DNA of 64,000 nucleotides. It comes from Macrostomum lignano (lineage: Eukaryota). The translations under genes were made by a program, and so were the position numbers. Shown here one piece after another: positions 59,641 through 64,000 of the stretch (within the stretch, counting starts at the first letter, position 1; each line of letters begins with the position of its first letter). Under the pieces are notes generated by a model. It did no database searches and had not been told where the DNA came from. It worked only from the letters and a program-made list of their open reading frames with translations. The DNA is taken from positions 1 through 64,000 of the forward strand of contig NIVC01003129.1 of assembly GCA_002269645.1 (NCBI GenBank), given 5' to 3'.

Positions 59641-60211
59641 TTTTTCTAACGAACTGACGTAGACGTGTGTAAGATATCAGAATACTCATATCAGAATATT
59701 TGAGTTTTTTAAGAAGAAGACAGTTGATAAGAAGCAACTTCGTCTATGGACGTGGATTCTTGCTGTCTCTGTCGTACGAACTTGCTGTCACAGTAACCCC
59801 TGAGTGCCTATCGATCATTTTTTATTTTAAAAAAGCAAATGTCTACTTCTACATGTGTTCTGCAATACAAGTTATTCTCAAAGCCACTGTTTGTACTTGA
59901 CTGATAATATATTGTCTTTGGTTGCACAAGCATTTTACCGCTAGCCTACTATCTGAATACTGATCTAGATAGCAATTTTAAACAAATGAAGTACGAGTTA
60001 GCATCACCTTTTCATTTTTCGGACAAATTGTTAGCATGAAATGATATTTACGACATGAAGCACAGACAGTCTAAATTTACGTCAGCTTGGTAAACAACTA
60101 AATTTTTATCTTTTTAATAAAATATATATGTACTTAATATATACTGGAGGATTGAGTTCCTGGTTTCCCTCGACCGAAAAGAGCATTCTTAATGTAGAAA
60201 TTCAAGATTGC

Positions 60212-61025
60212 TTGACTTACCTGACTAACCGGGTGGCCCAAAGACGCAGCGGGGAGGCGAGCGTCGCTCATTCCGCTAATCCCTGAGAAACCCGCATAGG
60301 CTAGGGCGCTGGGCCAGTCAGGGAGGTCTGCCGAACCTGCCTGCAGCGCAGTCCTCGGTGGGGAGGACAGAGGCTCGTCTGGTGACCCGGAGGAACCGGA
60401 TGAGTCGTGGGATGTTCTCGGGCCGGCAGGCGTCATCCAGGGACGGGTTGGGCCCGAGGTAGTGTAGTCGGTCTTATTGGAAGGCCGGTCAGTGGCATAG
60501 GAAGTTCTTGGGATCTTCGTTTTCAAGGTTGAAGGAGGGGCAGAGCAGAAACTACTCGGGACGGGAAACGACAGAACTTGGAGGCCGATTTTAGTCCTCG
60601 ACAAGCATTACTTCGATAGTGAGTTGGTGTCTGTGGTAAAAACCTATCCAATTAATAGGCCTCCAAGTTTTGTCGTTTCCCGTCCCGAGTTTTGAATAGT
60701 CGCTGGGGGCAGAGTTCACTCCGGCTGTCACCCCGGAGGAAGCAGTGTCTGCGAAAACAACCGTGACCTGTGACGGTCACAGTGAGAACGCTATGATGTC
60801 TCTTCTATTCTGGTTTAGAAGAATTTTCCATAGCTTAGGGAACGGGTTTGGCACTGCCGCCCGGGATTGGCGACAGTTGAGAATGTCGTTCCATCTGCGT
60901 AGGGGCAGGGTATCCGTCTGTCAATAATGGCGAACTAAGGGGCCACGGGGCCGAGAATCCACTCACCTTGGCGAGGGAGTCAGCGAGCTCATTACCTCTG
61001 AAGCCGGCGTGTCCTGAGATCCTGG
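60212..61025 (-). mobile_element. Degenerate 3' fragment of the same LINE family
   Basis: The 3'UTR GCCCTAGCCTATGCGGG..GGGATTAGCGGAATG..CGACGCTCGCCTCCCCGCTGCGTCTT and the tail match 49030-49131. An RNase H remnant GHAGFRGNELADSLAK is present. Confidence 0.9.
60555..60689. mobile_element. Short fold-back MITE inside the LINE fragment
   Basis: CTCGGGACGGGAAACGACAGAACTTGGAGGCC / GGCCTCCAAGTTTTGTCGTTTCCCGTCCCGAG (32-bp IR, 1 mismatch). Confidence 0.75.
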
Positions 61026-61744
61026 GTTTCTCTTTTTCTTTCACTGTTTCTAAATTTTAATTGCATTGGGAAAATGATTCGCAAGAATTTTCAACGAAAT
61101 AGAAAGCAAACAGGACAATTCGGAGTCGACCCGAACAAAATCGAAGAGTGTCAGCGAATGATTAGAAATTCTATCCCATCTTCTGTCAGGAGCATCATAT
61201 AGTGCTCACCAGAGAATTAGACCGTGAGCAGCTGCAGAATTAAATACTCACATCAGCGCTCCTACGGGACGGTTGACTTTCTAACTGGGCTGAATTTGCC
61301 CGCGGATCGAAGCGTAAAAGAGGGGTAAGAGGAGAAAAACCCCGAGAACTGAGCCTATGTTGGAGGCATTATTTATTAAGAAGCATTGCTCTTCAGTGCC
61401 AGCTGGGCTGAGAGCAGAGTGAACGTCTTGTAAAACAGAGAGATAAAGCCGCTGGGCCGCGCCACACACTGCTCGGTGCGTTGGAGTGCGGGTGTCCCTT
61501 GAGGGACTCTGGCATCTACCATGTTTGAAATTATGTGCGCTAGCTCGATGATGCGACTAAGAGGGCTTTTTCTTTTAAATATTAGTCATTTCCTTCTGAC
61601 TGGCCAATGCTTGCAGGGAAAGCAAGCATTCAATTCCTATTCGATGCGTCTTTAATACATAGATGCACAGTAATGGCATTGGGTCTTGAAGTGTCTTCAA
61701 TCCAGTATTTGATAGCATCGCAAAAATTCTTTTTAGTCTAAATC

Positions 61745-64000
61745 ATGAATTTCTTATCCCCGAAAACCTCGTTATTCATACGTACCTTGTTATTAACAAT
61801 GGTTCTTTCGCTTGGCTCCTCTGCAGTTCCGGCCGTCTACCAAATGCACCACTTCTACGACAGTTCGAGCCCCCGAGGCACCGAGCTTGTGTTGGAACGG
61901 CTGGTCAAAATTATCACTGCATCGCGTCGCAGCTGGAAGCTGACTCTGGCCACGCACTTTCTACCGCCAGGCTCCAGTCAGAAGCTCTCAGAGCTGCTAT
62001 GCAACGCCTCCATGGCGGGCGGCACGGTCGCTCTGACATCCAGCGTGATGCCCGAATATGACACGATTATTGACAACTTTGCCCGCGTACATCGAATGCT
62101 GTACTTTACGTGGAACTACGAGAGACCGTCGCCGGTCGATGCCGGAGTCAACTTTCACTTTAACTTCCTACCGGACTTGTTTCCCGCTTTCACGCGCACA
62201 GTCGCTTTTCTTAACTGGACGAGATTCTCCTACCTGTATGCTACTCATGCAGGATTTCAGAGAGGCATTCGACTGGCTAGCGAGCTCCACCGGGTTCTGG
62301 GAGTTGCTGACGTTCAAGTAGACCTTCGACACGTTTCCCCATCGACTGAGCCTTCTAACCACAACACTCTGCGCTATCTCGATCTTCAACTGGTCCAGTT
62401 TCCGAGACGGCACATTGTTATTGATGTTGGCAGTGCGGTTAGCGCCAAGCTTATCTTGGAAGACTTGCTGGAGTTCGGCATGAACAGGGCTGAGTATCAC
62501 TACGTCCTCTATTCGTTTGGCATGCGGGAAATGACGCTATCTCGATTCATTCACAGCGGAAGCAATATCACCGGCTTTGAGTTTCTGAATTATGGCTCTC
62601 ACGATGCGAACTCTTTCGCAACGAAGCACATATTCACAATAGATCACGGCGCTCCAGAGAAGAACCCGCCTAACTATGAGATATTTGCTATGCATAATGC
62701 TGTGAAACTGATCGCTAGCGCGCTGGATAACCTTTGGCGTCTAGTGATACCAAACTCTCTTCGACTGCCCTGTCTCTATCGCGATAGTAAAAAAAATTCA
62801 CACCCACTTCCTCTGGGTACATTTCGAGCTGGTCAGCGCTTGCAGAATTTTGTCAGTGATCGAGGCCCTCACTTTGTCGAATATGGGCACGTCGCTTTCG
62901 ACAAAACAGGCATGCGAACCAACATGAGCATTCGCATCATGGATCTCATGGGACCAGTGGGCTCGCAGCCGATAGGCTACTGGTATAAGGGCCGCTTCAA
63001 CATCACCGCCAGCAAGTACGTCGGTAGGTTTGGACAGCACAAGACTAACAAGTTCCCAAACGACACTGTCGTGAAGGTGGTTACCATAATTGGGGAGCCA
63101 TTCGTCATGCACAAGATCCCGGGAAGCAATGCCACAAGTGGAAAGGCAAACTTTCAAGGCTTCTGCATCGACTTGGCGCACATGGTATTCGATAAACTGG
63201 GTGTTGACTGGGAGCTGCATCTAGTCAAGGATAAGAAGTTTGGAGCGAAAATTATTGACAACGAGACAAAACAGCCCGAGTGGAACGGAATGATGGGTAA
63301 GTGGTCGACGTTCTTTCCAGACTTTCCAAATTAACTTGCACCATACCAACTTTGTAAATCATGGTAAATTTTAAAGTAAAGATTTTTACGAAATAAACAT
63401 TAAACATCTATCGAAAAAGGTAACGTACTGTCTCCTATTCACATCAAACTAAGTAGTTGTAGTATTTTTCTTTCCCAATTGTCTGCTGCTTGTATACCAT
63501 TAACGCATTTACGCAACAAATATTTTTAGGCGAAGTAGTGCGAGGTGAGGCCGACGTCGCCATCGCATCGTTGACAATCACATCTGACCGCAGCGAGTTC
63601 GTGCTGTTCTCCGAACCGTTCATGAACTTCGGCCTCTCTGTCATCATTAAGAAGCCCCAGAAGACCAAGCCGGGAATGTTCAGCTTCACTCAACCGCTGG
63701 AGGACAATCTCTGGATTGCCATTCTGGCTGCCACCATTCTGCTGGCCGCCGTCATGACCTGCCTGGCCCGGATGAGCCCACTGGAGTGGCGCTACGACGA
63801 CACGCTTGTAAACGGGGACGAGCAGCAGCGAATGCGCCGCGTGCGCCACAACTTCAGCCTGATGAACAGCATGTGGTTCAGCTTTGCTGCCTTCGTTCGA
63901 CAGGGCGTCGACATCTCGCCGAGGTCGGCATCAACGCGAATGATGGGTTCGTTCTGGTGGGCGTTCTCCCTTATCATCATGGCGTACTACACCGCCAACT
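61745..64000 (+). CDS. Ionotropic glutamate receptor, AMPA/kainate type (3' partial); exons 61745-63296, 63530->64000
   Basis: Signal peptide, ATD, S1 (VVTIIGEPFV..FQGFCIDLA..WNGMMG|EVVRGEADVAIASLTIT..R..FSEPFM), M1, pore FAAFVRQGVDISPRS, M3 ..YYTAN. Confidence 0.96.

Noticed and set aside
1-64000. Hammerhead or HDV ribozymes, rRNA, intact tRNA genes
   Set aside because: No complete catalytic core or full cloverleaf was found by eye; an Infernal/tRNAscan search would be needed to exclude them.

Overview
Animal (intron-containing) genomic DNA. GC-rich exons, minisatellite-filled introns and a co-oriented housekeeping cluster suggest a flatworm such as Macrostomum; this is inference, and no species-diagnostic marker is present. 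Bases 1-9.7 kb are decayed transposon-derived sequence: an LTR-end/tRNA-Glu primer-site junction, nested MITEs, and a ~4 kb block almost free of CpG. Bases 9.9-28.3 kb hold five + strand housekeeping genes (EMC4, DUSP22-like, WDR74, NOP14, NEK8) in an operon-like array. Bases 30-64 kb hold an orphan polyQ gene, a candidate neuropeptide precursor, a 12-exon neprilysin homolog lacking all three Zn ligands, two convergent Cys-rich secreted genes (one with a young RNase H-bearing LINE in its intron), two orphan genes, and the 5' part of an AMPA-type glutamate receptor with Arg genomically encoded at the Q/R site. Most large introns carry their own tandem repeat, and several repeat units are copies of the adjacent 5' splice site. 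Exon coordinates were derived by hand from GT/GC-AG sites, phase and remembered homology; no database searches were run.
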